From the NCBI RefSeq assembly GCF_009914755.1, contig NC_060938.1: DNA of 64,000 bases; one strand, given 5' to 3'. Below are positions 1 through 12,934 of this stretch, piece after piece. Numbering within the stretch: the first letter of the stretch is position 1; the number at the start of each line of letters is the position of its first letter. The notes under the pieces are model-generated. The model searched no databases, was not told where the DNA came from, and saw only the letters and a list, made by a program, of their open reading frames with translations. The stretch is from the human T2T-CHM13v2.0 reference genome, Homo sapiens. The translations under genes were made by a program, and so were the position numbers.

Positions 1-1670
1 TCATTCAATTAATAAATCTGTACTGAATGCCTAGTTGTGCCAAGTGCTTCTAGGCCCTGGTCATAAAGCAGTAAAGAAGACAAACAGGACTTTCTGTTCT
101 CATGAAGAAAACTAAACAGGGCAGACAGAGTGCCAGCCTGCCATGCAAGCATGGTGATCAGGGAAGGGCTTGCCAGAAGGTCCATGAGCAAGACCTGTAA
201 AAGTGAGAGAGCCACCCACAAAGATGTTGGAGAAAGGATGTTGCAGACAGAGGCCTAGAGGAAGGAGCATAACCTAACATGTTTGAAGAGCAGCAAGCAG
301 TCAAGAGAGGGTGAGCAAAGGAAGCACATGTGAGGTGGAGGAGGAAGGGGCTGGGGGCCACCAGATGGAGGGTTTTTGGTTTTTACTGATTGTGGTGAGA
401 AGCCATTGGACATGTTTACAAAGGACTGATATTACCAGACCTGTCTTTTAACAGGATCCCTATGTAATGAATAGAAGACTAAGAAGAGCCAATGGAAGAG
501 GGAGAACAGTTAAGAGACTGTTGCCATAATCCAAGTGCAAGGTGGAGGTGACTTGGACCAGGAGTAGCAAGATGAGTGGTGAAGAAGGGTCAGGTTATGG
601 ATCTATTTGGAAGATAGAATCACAGACGTTCTGACAGATTAAATTAAGCATAGTGGAGAAAGAAGGGAGTGTAAGGATTATCTCCTAGGTACGTGGGTAT
701 ACCCATTTGGAGTTCAAGGGTAAGGTCTGGACTAAACCTTTGAATCTGGGAGTCGTCAGTGTATGGATGGTGCTTAAAGCTATGAGACTGTTTGAAATCC
801 CTAAGGGAGTACATGCGGGTAGAGAAGATGTCAGAGGACTAGCCCCTAAGTTGTTGCAGTGTGTAAAGGACAGGATGAACAGCAGGAACCAGCAAAGCAG
901 AGGGAGAAATGAGGCCAAAGATGAAGGAAGGAAGCCAAGAAGCCTGTGGGGTCATGGAGCCAAGTGAGAAAGTGTTTGAGGGTCAGGCAACAACCAGCTG
1001 TGTAAATGCTATTCATGGCTAAGTGAGAAGAGGGTTAAGAATCGATCATGGGCTGTAACAACATGGAAGATATTCACATTTTGAAATGAGCAATTTCTGT
1101 GAAAGGACAGAGGAAACTGTCAGACCTAGTGGATCTAAGAGGAAGAATGAAGACAAAAATTGGAGATGGTAAATATGAAAACACTTTCAAAGAATTTCAC
1201 TCTGAAGAAAGCAGAAATAGTGCAGTAGTTTGAAAGGAACATAAGATCAGGACAGGTAGTGCCAGATGGGAAAATTCAACTGTGCATGTTGATAGGAACA
1301 CTCCAGTAGAGACAGAAAAGTCGACATTGTGGGAGGTAGAAGGAGAATTGCTGAAATTCGAGAGAGATATTGGGATTTAGTGCTCCAGTTTAACTTATGG
1401 GTAACAAAAAGGAAGACAGTGTTTGGACATAGAGCCAGGTGGGGGGTGATGAGGAAGTAGCAGTTTGCAGAAGCTCTCATCTTATTCTGGTTTTGGCTTA
1501 AATTTGTTTTTCTTTCAGTGACATATACCCCAAAGTCATTAACTGAGAGTGAGGATGGGAGAGAAAACATTAGAGGCTTAAGAGGAGAGAGAATCTGAAG
1601 GAGCCTCCCAGAAACATGAATGAGCGAGGGAAGGCATTGGAATGGCAGGTGTGCTAGGAGCCTACTAGCG
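1..1670 (-). mobile_element. L2 LINE fragments (degenerate)
   Basis: Window starts with TCATTCAATTAATAAAT...GAATGCCTAG..GTGCCAAGTGC, the reverse complement of the L2 3' end, followed by purine-rich L2-antisense-like sequence. Boundaries approximate. Confidence 0.7.
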
Positions 1671-1678
1671 GTTAGCGA

Positions 1679-1931
1679 CAGGGCCAGCTGCATTGGTGGC
1701 TTAATGTGTGTGACTGTGGAGTCACACATAATTTTTGCAATTTGTAAGTTTATGTTATTTCTCGTGTGTCACTGTTGCCTGTTTTATGGTTTATAAGTCA
1801 CAAATTATTTTTAAAATGAAAACACCTTAGATTTTAGTGCATTTAATGAGGCTTTTTTAAAATGTCTTCTGAATTAACAGCCCCACACTTTCATTTTGCC
1901 CTGGGCCCTGCAAATCAGGCAGCCAGCCCCG
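1679..1931. mobile_element. MER45-like hAT (Tip100) non-autonomous DNA transposon
   Basis: Ends CAGGGCCAGCTGC ... GCAGCCAGCCCCG, with the subterminal motif CATTTTGCCCTGGGCCCTGCAAAT. 8-bp target-site duplication (TSD) GTTAGCGA (1671-1678) / GTTAGTGA (1932-1939), the length expected for hAT elements. Confidence 0.75.
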
Positions 1932-2568
1932 GTTAGTGATCACAAATGTAAGGGAAGAGCAATCAGCGTCACTGTGGGCTTCTCCAGCCACACTCAGCTC
2001 TGTGGAGAGCTGGATTTACAAGGGATAGAGTTGTGCCAGGTGGTTACCACGAGGAGAGAGAGGGACAGGTTTGTTGAGAATATATAAAAATGATGATCCT
2101 GAAAATCAACTGGGAGTAAATAGACCCCATCTGGCTCCAACTCAATAAAACATATACAATATACATCAGTGTATATTGTAAGTGTCACATCATCCCTCAG
2201 GGAAGGTGCATTCTCCAGGGATCTTTGCACAGGATCTAGCAGTGGCTGAGCTATCTCTCTAGTTCTTTGATAGAAGCACCTGAAATTTTACCTGCTGTTG
2301 CTGGTTACACGCAAACCTCCTGTTAGTGAATAGTTAATTACTCCCAGAGGATGCAATACCTGAGTAGCTCCCAAAGTTTTCTGTGGGAAAGTTATCTTGG
2401 AGGAGCCAGTGTATTGAACTTCTTCAGCTAACAAATTTCTTCACCATGTGCATGACTATCTCGTTACAAGTTCCCACAGGCATTCAACACATTTGCTTTC
2501 TTTATTATTTTGTTAACATCAGACCATTTCCTAACTCATTACAGCTTATCCTATTACATATTACCATA

Positions 2569-3063
2569 TGTGATGATTACTTTTATGTGTCAACTTGACT
2601 GGGCTACAGGGTGCCCAGATATTAAGCCAAACATTATTCTTGGTATGTCTGTGAGGGCTGTGAGAGTTTCAGGAGGAGACTAACATTTAAATTTATAGAG
2701 TAAAGCCAATTGTCCTCCTAATGTAGGTGAATCTTATCCAACCAACTGAAGGCCTGAATAAAACAAAATGTCTGGCCCTCTTGTGGAACAAGGGAACTCC
2801 TTCTGCCCGGCTGCTTGAGCTGGAACATCACCAGTCTTTTCCTGGCTTCTGACTCAAATGGAAACATTAGATCTTCTGGGTCTTGAGCGCACTGGCTTTT
2901 GAACTGTAAATCACACCATCAGCCCTCCAGGTTCTCAGGCCTTCAGACAGGCTGGAACTATACCATCAGCTCTGCAAGGTCTCCAGGCTTCAGCTTGCCA
3001 ACTAGAGATCACAGGACTTCTCAGCCTCTATAATTGTGGAAGCCAATTCCCTGCAATTAATCT

Positions 3064-3115
<52 letters not shown>

Positions 3116-3144
3116 CTGTTTCTTTGGAGGATCCTGATTGATAT
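2569..3144 (+). mobile_element. MLT2-family (ERVL) solo LTR
   Basis: Begins TGTGATGATTACTTTTATGTGTCAACTTGACTGGGCTACAGGGTGCCCAGAT and ends CTGTTTCTTTGGAGGATCCTGATTGATATA, resembling MLT2 termini. Confidence 0.85.
3068..3113. repeat. (AC)n microsatellite, about 23 units
   Basis: Pure AC run inside the MLT2 3' end. Confidence 0.97.
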
Positions 3145-4980
3145 ACTGTTATTCCTTAGTTTGCAGTTATTACTCTCATGTTTACAGTAACCACAATGTT
3201 CCTGTATTCCTCAGCCATCATACAACTGCAGGCTGCACTCCAAATTCTTGCAAGCTTAACTGGATATAACTTCACAATAAAACCCAGGTATAAGAATAAA
3301 AGGTGTCTTGCCCAAATCCCTCTGCAGAAACAGTTTAAACATCTGCTATGCTGATAGTTGCTCAACAAAAGTAATTATCATACTTTCATATTCAACAAAC
3401 ATAAAAAAAATTCTGTGAGAATTTTTACAATTATTAACTTTTTTAATTCTTAAAATATTCTAGTGAATAAACCATTATTATGCCCATTAAAACATGAAGA
3501 ATAAAAAGGATAAATAACTTGCTTGAGTTCATACATTTAGTATAGAGAAGAGAACATAGGATTTGTAATTAAAATCTTGCTTTTCTACTGTTATAAGTTA
3601 CGTAAACTCTCTAAGATTGAATCTTTCATCCATGAAGTGGGAATAATACTGGCTACTGCAGGTAGTCATGGTGAGAATTCATGCTATTCTATATGTTCAA
3701 AGCCCAACACAGTGCCTGTTTTTTAGAAGCTTAACACCTTTTGTTTGTTTCTATTTTCCTTTGTCTCTCTCTCCTAAGCTCTTTTTGTCTGCCTTGTGAA
3801 AGACACTAAATTACATGGATGTCTCTGAAATAAGAATTAATATATTTTTTCAAACTCTGATTTTTTCAAAGCTGATAATTTATTCCAGGTCTCTTGTTTT
3901 GCAGGCTTGGTATTTGTTTTCTGAATCCAAATTTGAACATCCTTAGAAGCATATTCTTTCTAGTTTTCCATAGAACCCACTCTTCCCTGCTATCCACATT
4001 TAGTCCGATTCATACATTCACGTTACCTTCCTGTCCCTACAAGGTTTGGAATTTCAGCCCCTGCAGTGCATCCTATGATTCCGTCACTTCAATGACTTCA
4101 GAACTTTTTGGTTTGGGCACAATGATATAATTTTATTTTAAAACTTTGGAGAATGACACAAACAAGAGTTATTATTTTTAACAGTTCAGGAATTCATATG
4201 TTCTCATGGTCAAATCAAACTTGTTTTCTTTGCTTCACCAACAAAAGTTGTCACATCCGCTACACCCAAAAGCCACAGCTCAGCAGTCATTCACAACCGT
4301 CAATATACTTATCAACTCTAAAACAATCAGGAGGCGGATTTTAAATTTACAACGAGGTACCTCATTTTCAAAGTATTATAAAATCTGTTCTCTAAGTCAT
4401 GTGTGGTGTCTTTTTTTCTTTCTTTTCTCTGGAGTGCCTTCAAAATAAACATTGTAATTTGAGATGTGGACCATATAAAATGGACCAAATGATAAGATAA
4501 TGGGCAAAAGCATTTCCAAAGTGAGACCAGCTGTCGACCTTGTCTTCGGAAGGGAGGTTCTGGCAAACTTCCATTGGCCCCCAGCCTAGTTTTGTTTCAA
4601 ACTGATTAGCAAACTTTCTAGTCAATCAATCCTGTCCCAAATTAAGTTGCTGGTAAGAAAAAAGGAGCAGCCTGATTTGCATTACAAAGCTCTCAGGCAT
4701 CTAAGAGTTGAGATGTGACTATCCTGAGGTTCCTTCATGCCGAGTAAAAGCAAAGGCTTCTCTTCTCTCCAAGTCAAGAGGAAGAGACAAGTAAGCCCAG
4801 AGCACTTTAACCTACTGAGGAATAGGTTAAAACTGAGCATTCAGATGTTTCTGTATTTGTGGGCATATGTAAGTGAATAGGTTTTACATAAGCTGCATTT
4901 CTATTTTCACAAATACCTTCACTAGCAAATTTTCACCTAGTTCGAATAGATTTCTGGTGTTCTGAGCACAACAGTCTTTA

Positions 4981-5105
4981 CCTATTACCCTTCTAAAAGC
5001 TAAGGAGACACCACTTAAATTAAGGGTGACTGATAATTCTCTTTTATTACTACATCTGTATTCCTATTTATATACTTTTCATTAATGCTCTTGGAGTCAA
5101 TTAAA
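4981..5105 (+). repeat. 125-bp direct repeat, copy 1
   Basis: Aligns without gaps to 11382-11506 with 8 mismatches (hand count). Confidence 0.92.
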
Positions 5106-5339
5106 CATATTAGTTTAAGCTTTTATATTTTATAATGTTTCAAGAATTATGATGTGAGTTAGAACATATTCCAATCCACAGGACAACAATACTGAAATAA
5201 AATTCTCTCTTTCTCCAGTTTTCCGGAGACTTTATGAAAATTGAATTTTCTTTCAAGTTACTGCCTGAAAGTGTATTATTACCAGAGTAACAAGACAAAA
5301 TTGTAGCCTTAGAGTATATAGCAAAATTTGTATTAAAGA

Positions 5340-6588
5340 TGAGAGGTGACAATGTGCTGGCAGCCCTAGCAGCCCTGGCTGGCTCTTGGTGCCTCCTCGG
5401 CCTCGGCGCCCACTCTGGCCGCATTTGAGGAGCCCTTCAGCCTACTGCTGCACTGTGGGGGCCCCTCTCTGGGCTGGCTGAGGCCACAGCCAGCTCCCTC
5501 TGCTGTGGACAGGTGTGGAGGGAGAGGCGTCAGAGGGAACAGGGGCTGCTGTGCACGGGTGGGAACCGGGTCTGCTGTGGGCATTGCACCCGCACTCGGA
5601 GCGACTGGCCAGCACCGCTGGCCCCAGAGAGTGAGGGGCTTGGCACCTGGGCCAGCAGCTGCAGGGGGTGCACTGAGTCCTCCAGCAGTGCTGGCCCACT
5701 GGCGCTGTGCTCAAATTCTTGCCAGGCCTCAGCTGCCTCCCTGTGGGGCAAGGCTTGGCACTTGCAGCCTCCCATGCCTGAGCTTCCCCCCTGCCATGGG
5801 CTCCTACAAGGCCTGAGCCTCCCCGAGGAGCACTGCAACCTGCTCCACAGCTCCCAGTCCCATCAACCACCCAAGGGCTGAGGAGTGCAGGCGCATGGCG
5901 TGGGACTGGCAGGCAGATCCACCTGAGGCCAGGTGCGGGATCCACTAGGTGAAGCCAGCTGGGCTCCTGCGTCTAGTGGGGACTTGGAGAATCTTTGTGT
6001 CTACCTAAGGGATTGTGGATGCACCAATCAGCAACCTGTGTCTAGCTCAAGGTTTGTAAATGCACCAATCAGTGCTTTGTGTCTAGCTAACCTAGTGGGG
6101 ACTTGGAGAACTTTTGCGTCTAGCTCAGGGATTGTAAATGCACCAATCAGCACCCTGTCAAAACGGACCAATCAGCTCTCTGTAAAACAGACAAATCAGC
6201 TCTCTGTAAAATGGACCAATCAGCAAGGTGTAGGTGGGGCCAGATAAGGGAATAAAAGCAGGCTGCCTGAGCCAGCAGTGGTAACCTGCTAGGGTCCCCT
6301 TCTGCACTGTGGAAGCTTTGTTGTTTTGCTCTTTGCAATAAATCTTGTTTCTGCTCACTCTTTGGGTCCACACTGCCTTTATGAGCTCTAACACTCACCG
6401 CGAAGGTCTACAGCTTCATTCCTGAGCCAGCCAGACCACGAACCCACCAGGAAGAATGAACAACTCCAGACAAGAGGAAGGAGCAAACTCTGGACACACC
6501 GCCTTTAAGAACTGTAATGCTCACTGCGAGGGTCCATGGCTTCATTCTTGAAGTCAGTGAGACCAAGAACTCACCAATTCCCGACACA
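5340..6588 (+). mobile_element. LTR12-family (ERV9) solo LTR
   Basis: Starts TGAGAGGTGACAATGTGCTGGCAG and ends ACCAATTCCCGACACA; 4-bp TSD AAGA on both sides. GC-rich U3, CACCAATCAG repeats, and the GATAAGGGAATAAAAGCAGG promoter motif near 6243-6262. Confidence 0.95.
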
Positions 6589-7412
6589 AAGAGAGGCCTA
6601 AGAAACCATCTAGGCCAATGCTGTGGTTTTGGAGTTCAGGACATTGTGGCTTAGAGACAATAATGGATCTGCCTAAAATCACAACACAAACTAGTACCAG
6701 TTCTTGAATGAAAATGTAGGTCTTCTGATTCCTAGCCAAATGCTTTTTATAAGAATGAAAATTTTGTGTCCTTGGAAGGCCTAAGGCATTTTCCCAGAGT
6801 AACTTAGAAGAGTCTGGCTCCATGAATAGTTTAGTAATATAGAAATAAGATTTTTTAAAATGTCTAAACTTGACTGTATGATCCTGGATATAAAGTATAA
6901 AATCAGAAGACAGATGTGATGTGAGGCTGGCAACGACTCGTGCCATGCTCTATGTACCCACACTAAAAGACAATATCCTTTCCACCTTACATACTTTATG
7001 GCAGTATAAGTAGCATGTTAAGTATGCAAATCCTACAATGCTGGCAACATTTCAAGACTAGCTGTGTCAGGGTGTTCATAAGCCTGGGAGCTCACTAAGC
7101 TACAGAGCTCTTAAAACGTAGAAGTAGAAGAGGTAGAAAAAAAAAAGGAATCACACTCCTTATTACTGTAAACCAAAGAAAAAATATTTACATTTTCAGC
7201 ATTCTGTTGGGTAGGAAAAAAGCTTTTCCTATCCCATCTTACATTTTGTGCTGGAGCCTGTGAATTAAATTGAAAAAACAACAGCAACAAAAATTAACAA
7301 GAGGCAAAAGCATACACATGTAATTGATGTCTTAATGTTACATGCATGGTGGCTACACATAAGATAAGTGAAAAACTCAAAACACTGGTTAGACTTAGGG
7401 GTTTATATACGA

Positions 7413-7877
7413 TGTTTGTAATTCTGGAATAGATCCTACTGACCCTGAAGCCGGCCCAATACTCCTATAGCGTGTTCTTTCGTATAAACATAGACATTGA
7501 CTCTTCCGCTCTTAAAGCTTGAAACTTGTATTTGTTTCATCTGTGTTCTTTCCTCAGGAAAGGACCTTCAGGCCTCTCAAAAAAAAAAAAAAAAAAAAAA
7601 GCATTAAAGAACTGAAACTCACCAGATGAGGCCACCAGATGACTCCTTGTTCCTCCCTAGTTCGTGTTTCCTACACATTGTTACATTTCTTGCCTGTTGT
7701 ATAAAACCCCATTTTTAGTCAGTCAGGGCGATGGATTTGAGGCTGAGCTCCCATCTCCTCAGCTGCAGCACCGGATGAAAGCTTCTTCCCCGGAAACACT
7801 CACCATCTCAGTGATTGGCTTTCTGTGCAGTGAGCAGCAAGCAGGACCTAGACCAAACCCATGGCGTTTTGGTAACA
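7413..7877 (+). mobile_element. ERV1-class solo LTR (LTR26-like) with internal poly(A) expansion
   Basis: Contains CTTAAAGCTTGAAACTT..TTCCTCAGGAAAGGACC..AAAGAACTGAAACTCACCAGAT and a TATAAAA box, and ends TTTTGGTAACA. The 5' boundary and subfamily are uncertain. Confidence 0.6.
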
Positions 7878-8062
7878 ACCTCACCAAAATAGATGGGCAC
7901 ACACACAAGCCTTTAAAGATACAAAGTTAAACGGATAGTATGGATCATTCAGTATAGAGGAAACAGCATAGAAAATGTATAGAGATGGAAAATTACTAGA
8001 TATGTTCCAGGAACAACATGCAAATTCCACTGCCAGTTTTGGCTGTGAGGTCAAACAGATCT

Positions 8063-8478
8063 GATCTGAATGTTTGCATTCCTCCAAAATTCATACATTG
8101 AAACCTAATTCCCAATGCAATAACATTAAGAGGTGGGGTCTCTAGGAGGTGACTAGGTCATAAGGGTGGACCCTTCATGAATGGGTTTAGTACCCTTATA
8201 AAAAGGTCTGAGAGAGCTTGCTTCTTTCTTCTGCCATATGAGGACATAGAGAAAACTCCATCTATGATGAATGGGCCCTCAGCAGGCACCGAGTTTACTG
8301 CTACCATATGAGGACATACAGAAGACTCCATCTATGATGAATGGGCCCTCAGCAGCCACCGAGTCTACTGCTGCCTTGAGCTTCGACCTCTGGCCTCCAA
8401 AACTACTAGCAATACATGTCTGTTGTTTTATAAATTACCTAGTCTAAGGTACATTGCAGCAGAAATGGACTGAGAGAG
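8063..8478 (+). mobile_element. MaLR LTR (MLT1A/MST-like) with internal 70-bp tandem duplication
   Basis: Contains CCTCCAAAATTCATACATTGAAACCTAA..GAGGTGGGG..TATAAATTACCTAGTCT..AAATGGACTGAGA. Duplicated unit at 8231-8300 and 8301-8370. Confidence 0.8.
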
Positions 8479-8566
8479 ACATCTTTCAGAGAATTACCTC
8501 TGTTTGTCTGTTTCTGTTTTGTAAAATTGGAAGAAGAATAGAACTTACAGTTCTGTGGTATAAGAT

Positions 8567-10108
8567 TGTGTCCAGAATTGGTGGGTTCTCTTGGTCTCAC
8601 TGACTTCAAGAATGAAGCTACAGACCTTCAAGGTGAGTGTTACAGTTCTTAAAGGTGGCATGTCTGGAGTTTGTTCCTTCTGATGTTCGGATGTGTTCAG
8701 AGTTTCTTCCTTCTGGTGGGTTTGCGGTCTCGCTGGCTCAGGAGTGAAGCTGCAGACCTTCGCGGTGAGTGTTACAGCTCTTGGGGCAGTGTGTCTAGAG
8801 TTGTTCGTTCCTCCTGGTGGGCTCCTGGTATCGCTGGCTTCAGGAGTGAAGCTGCAGACCTTCACGGTGAGTGTTACAGCTCATAAAGGTAGTGTGGACC
8901 CAAAGAGTGAGCAGTAGCAAGCTTTATTGCAAAGAGCAAAAGAACAAAGCTTCCACAGTGTGGAAGGGGAACCCAGCGGATTGAAGCTGCTGGCTCAGGT
9001 AGCCTGCTTTTATTCTCTTATCTGGCCCCACCCACATCCTGCTGATTGGTCCATTTTACAGAGAGCCGTTTGGTCTGTTTCACAAAGAGCTGATTGGTCA
9101 GTTTTGACAGGGTGCTGATTGGTTCGTTTACAATCCCTGAGCTAGACACAAAAGTTCTCCACATCCCCACTAGATTAGCTAGGTACAGTGTCGATTGGTG
9201 TATTTACAAACCCTGAGCTAGACACAGAGTGCTGATTGGTGCATTTACAAACCTTGAGCTAGATACAGAGTGCCAATTGTTGCATTCACAATCCCTTAGC
9301 TAGACATAAAGGTTCTCCAAGTCCTCACCAGATTAACTAGATACAGAGTGCTGATTGGTGCATTCACAAACCCTGAGCTAGACGCAGGGTGCTGATTCGT
9401 GTATTTACAAACCTTGAGCTAGATACAGAGTGCTGATTGGTGTATTTACAATCACTTAGCTAGACATAAAGATTCTCCAAGTTCCCACCAGACTCAGGAG
9501 CACAGCTGGCTTCACCCAGTGGATCCTGCACCAGGGCCGCAGGTGGAGCTGCCCGCCAGTTCCGCACTATACGACCACACTCCTCAGCCCTTGGGCGGTG
9601 GATGGGACTAGGCACAGCCCTGGAGCAGGGAGCACCCCTTGTCGGGGAGGCTCGGGCGGCACAGGAGCCCATGGGGGGGTGGGGGGGTAGGCAGGCTGAG
9701 GCATGGTGGGCTGCAGGTCCCAAGCCCTGCCCTGCCGGAGGCAGCTAAGGCCCAGCAAGAAGTCGAGCACAGCAGCTGGTGGCCCAGGTGCTAAGCCCCT
9801 GACTGCCTGGGGCTTGTGGGCAGGCTGGCGGCTCTGAGTGCGGGGCCCGCGGAGCCCACGCCCACCTGGAACTCGCGCTGGCCCTTAAGCACCGTGAACA
9901 GCCCCAGTTCCCGCCTGCACCTCTCCCTCCACACCTCCCTGCAAGCTGAGGGAGCCGGCTCCGGCCTTGGCCAGCTCAGAAAGAGGCTCCCACAGTGCAG
10001 TGGCGGGCAGAAGGGCTCCTCAAGCGTGGCCAGAGTGGGCGCCAAGGCTGAGGAGGCACAGAGAGCGAGCCAGGGCTGCAAGGGCTGCCAGCACGCTGTC
10101 ACCTCTCA
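8567..10108 (-). mobile_element. LTR12C-like (ERV9) solo LTR inserted in a MIR
   Basis: Plus strand reads TGTGTCCAGAATTGGTGGG ... CCAGCACGCTGTCACCTCTCA; 4-bp TSD AGAT; about 7 intact GATTGG (CCAAT) boxes at 9044-9440. The flanks join into MIR-like sequence. Confidence 0.96.
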
Positions 10109-10205
10109 AGATAAAATGAAATAAATGGATATGAAGTTCTCAGCACAGTGCCTAGAAAACAATAAGATCAGCAAATGTTAGCAACTATAATAATAATTAT
10201 CATTA
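10109..10205. mobile_element. MIR fragment (continuation of the MIR split by LTR12)
   Basis: AAATGAAATAAATGGATATGAAGTTCTCAGCACAGTGCCTAG..CAAATGTTAGC resembles the MIR 3' region. Confidence 0.65.
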
Positions 10206-11381
10206 GTTGCTGCAGTAGAGAGTTTATGTAGAAAACTAGAAGGACGTAGGCTAGTAAATGGTCAGGTCCTATCAGAAAACCATCCATTATAATGTGTGAT
10301 ATCAAATCTACTGTATCTCAAGTATAAGTATAAGTTCAAAAAATGTTCAGAAGTCAAGCTGTTTCAGGAAAGGTCAATAACACCTATCATTGGCTCATCA
10401 TCATGGTCCTTCAACCAGCTCTCTCCTCATTTGGAAATTTGCTATCTGTGAGAAGAGAAGGAGTCTCCTTAATGGGAAAACATGCTTTGGATTTCCGCTT
10501 GATGGGAGGCACTGAATACTAGTGAATTTTGCTTTGTGGCAATTCAATTGAAAGGTCAAAATATACTAGTTTGGATTCATTTCTAACTTGGCAGATAACT
10601 ACCAAAATTGCAACTATCACTAAAGCACTTTGATGTACATATGCAACAAAGGCAGAAAACTGCTCTGAATGTCTCCTAAATCAAATATGTCTCTTGTGTA
10701 TCTTACAAGTAAAAATGTCGTTTTAAGGGTTTCTTTAATGTGGAAAATTTTGCTAATAAACAAGAGATGCCCACTAGTTTGATTTGCAGTGACATCCACT
10801 TTCATTAGCTGTTATGGTTACTGATAATTCTTGGCAAGAGTGTTTAACTCATATGATGTAATATTCAGCTTTTTAGTAAAGTTATTCTTTATATGCCTTA
10901 TCCCAAATCCCAGCATACACTCTTTTCAGAGGCCATGTTTTGTGTTTGTCTCCATGCCAAAAGTAGTCATAATGGACTTCAATGCACATAGATGAACGCT
11001 GGTTGAATAAATTGCACCTATAACCAAGATCAAACATGCTTCCTAGTCTACAGGGTATTTTGCACGTAATATTAGAAGAGAGACTGTGGAGTATCTGACA
11101 CATTGATATAACCTCCAGTTGCTAGATGCCTAGTAACTCCATGCATGAAAAGAGTGTTTCAAGAGATTCTTTCATTAACAGAAGTTGCACAAAATGTCCA
11201 CAGGTCGCTCGAAACCCTAAATATCTATGATATTCTACCAATGCTATATTCACAAACGTGTCTTAACGGTTCTCACCAGATTCTATTTTACTCACTTTTG
11301 AAAGGTCACCTAATTTTTTAAAGTGAGCAAATTACTGTAGTGAGTAAAATAGTCTTGAATGATTGCAGGTGGCAATACTAT

Positions 11382-11506
11382 CCTATTACCCTTCTAAAGG
11401 CTAAGGTGACACCAATTAAATTAAGGGTGACTGATAATTCTTTTTTATTACTACACCTGTATTCATATTTATATACTTTTCATTAATGCTCCTGGAGTCA
11501 GTTAAA
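11382..11506 (+). repeat. 125-bp direct repeat, copy 2
   Basis: About 94% identical to 4981-5105, offset 6401 bp. Confidence 0.92.
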
Positions 11507-12533
11507 AGACAAAGGGGAACTAAACTCAGCTCATTAATAAAATTTAAAAGTTGGTTTCCAGACTCTATATGCTAATTACTCTCTGCCACCACGAAGGCAT
11601 TTTAAAGCAGCACAGATGAGCACATAAGCAACGAAAACAGACTTTCCACAAATAAACCTTGAAAAAGAAAAAAAAAGGCAAGATAAACAAGATCAGCAGG
11701 CCAGCAGTCTTGTCAATTCTTCACTGTCCCAGTGGTACTTTCAACTCATTAATGTTGGCTGCTATGTTCTCAGGTGACTTGCTGGTATAAATGCCTCATT
11801 GTCTGGTAACAAAAGGGAACAGCATTTTATTGCCAGTAACCTGATAAAGAATTTTGAAAACAAGAGACACAGCAGATAATGAGCATTTTGCATGGGCCCT
11901 CTGCACTCTATAACCATTCAAATTTTCTGAGCAGAAAGACATGACCTTTTCAGTCCTTGTGCCTTCTACGCTGTGCAGTGCTAGTCGGTGCCAGGATAAA
12001 GCCAACAGAATCCTCCGAAGTGGCTCCAAGCACAGATGAGGCAATCACGATGGAAAGCACTAATCTGACTCATTTTACTTCCTCTAAACACAGGAGCGCT
12101 AACAAGTTTCCTCTACTTAAATGTTGCTTTTGTGTGTATGTGTCTGTGTTTGTCTGTCATTTAAAGGTATGACCGGGTGCTACCTTGCAGCCTTTTCCTG
12201 GTAAACTCTTGGTCATTTTCAACATTTTCCTGACATTCCAGCTGAATAGTTATCATTACTTCAATTTTTAATACAATAATTTAGAGCAATCTATGATTCC
12301 AGTTTTCAAAAGGTACAACACACAGTACTTCCCTTAAGATGCTGATAACTAGTGAAAACACTATACTGATAATTCTCTACTAAACAGTAAAATAAAGGCT
12401 AAAATGTTATTGATGCTTTCTCATTCTGTATAGAAAGTGATTTTTCATAGCGTTATTGACTGCATTTCATCTGTTTTGCATATTGTTAATGAACCTTGTT
12501 CTCTTTAAAACAAAACAAAACACCTTTCTTTAA

Positions 12534-12934
<401 letters not shown>

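Noticed and set aside
6589-8566. The two LTR12s as ends of a single provirus
   Set aside because: Opposite orientation, different TSDs and lengths, and no internal ERV9 sequence or primer-binding site.
5140-10124. Cluster of 70-167 aa ORFs
   Set aside because: Mostly within GC-rich LTR12 sequence or other LTRs, overlapping on both strands; no gag/pol/env motifs.
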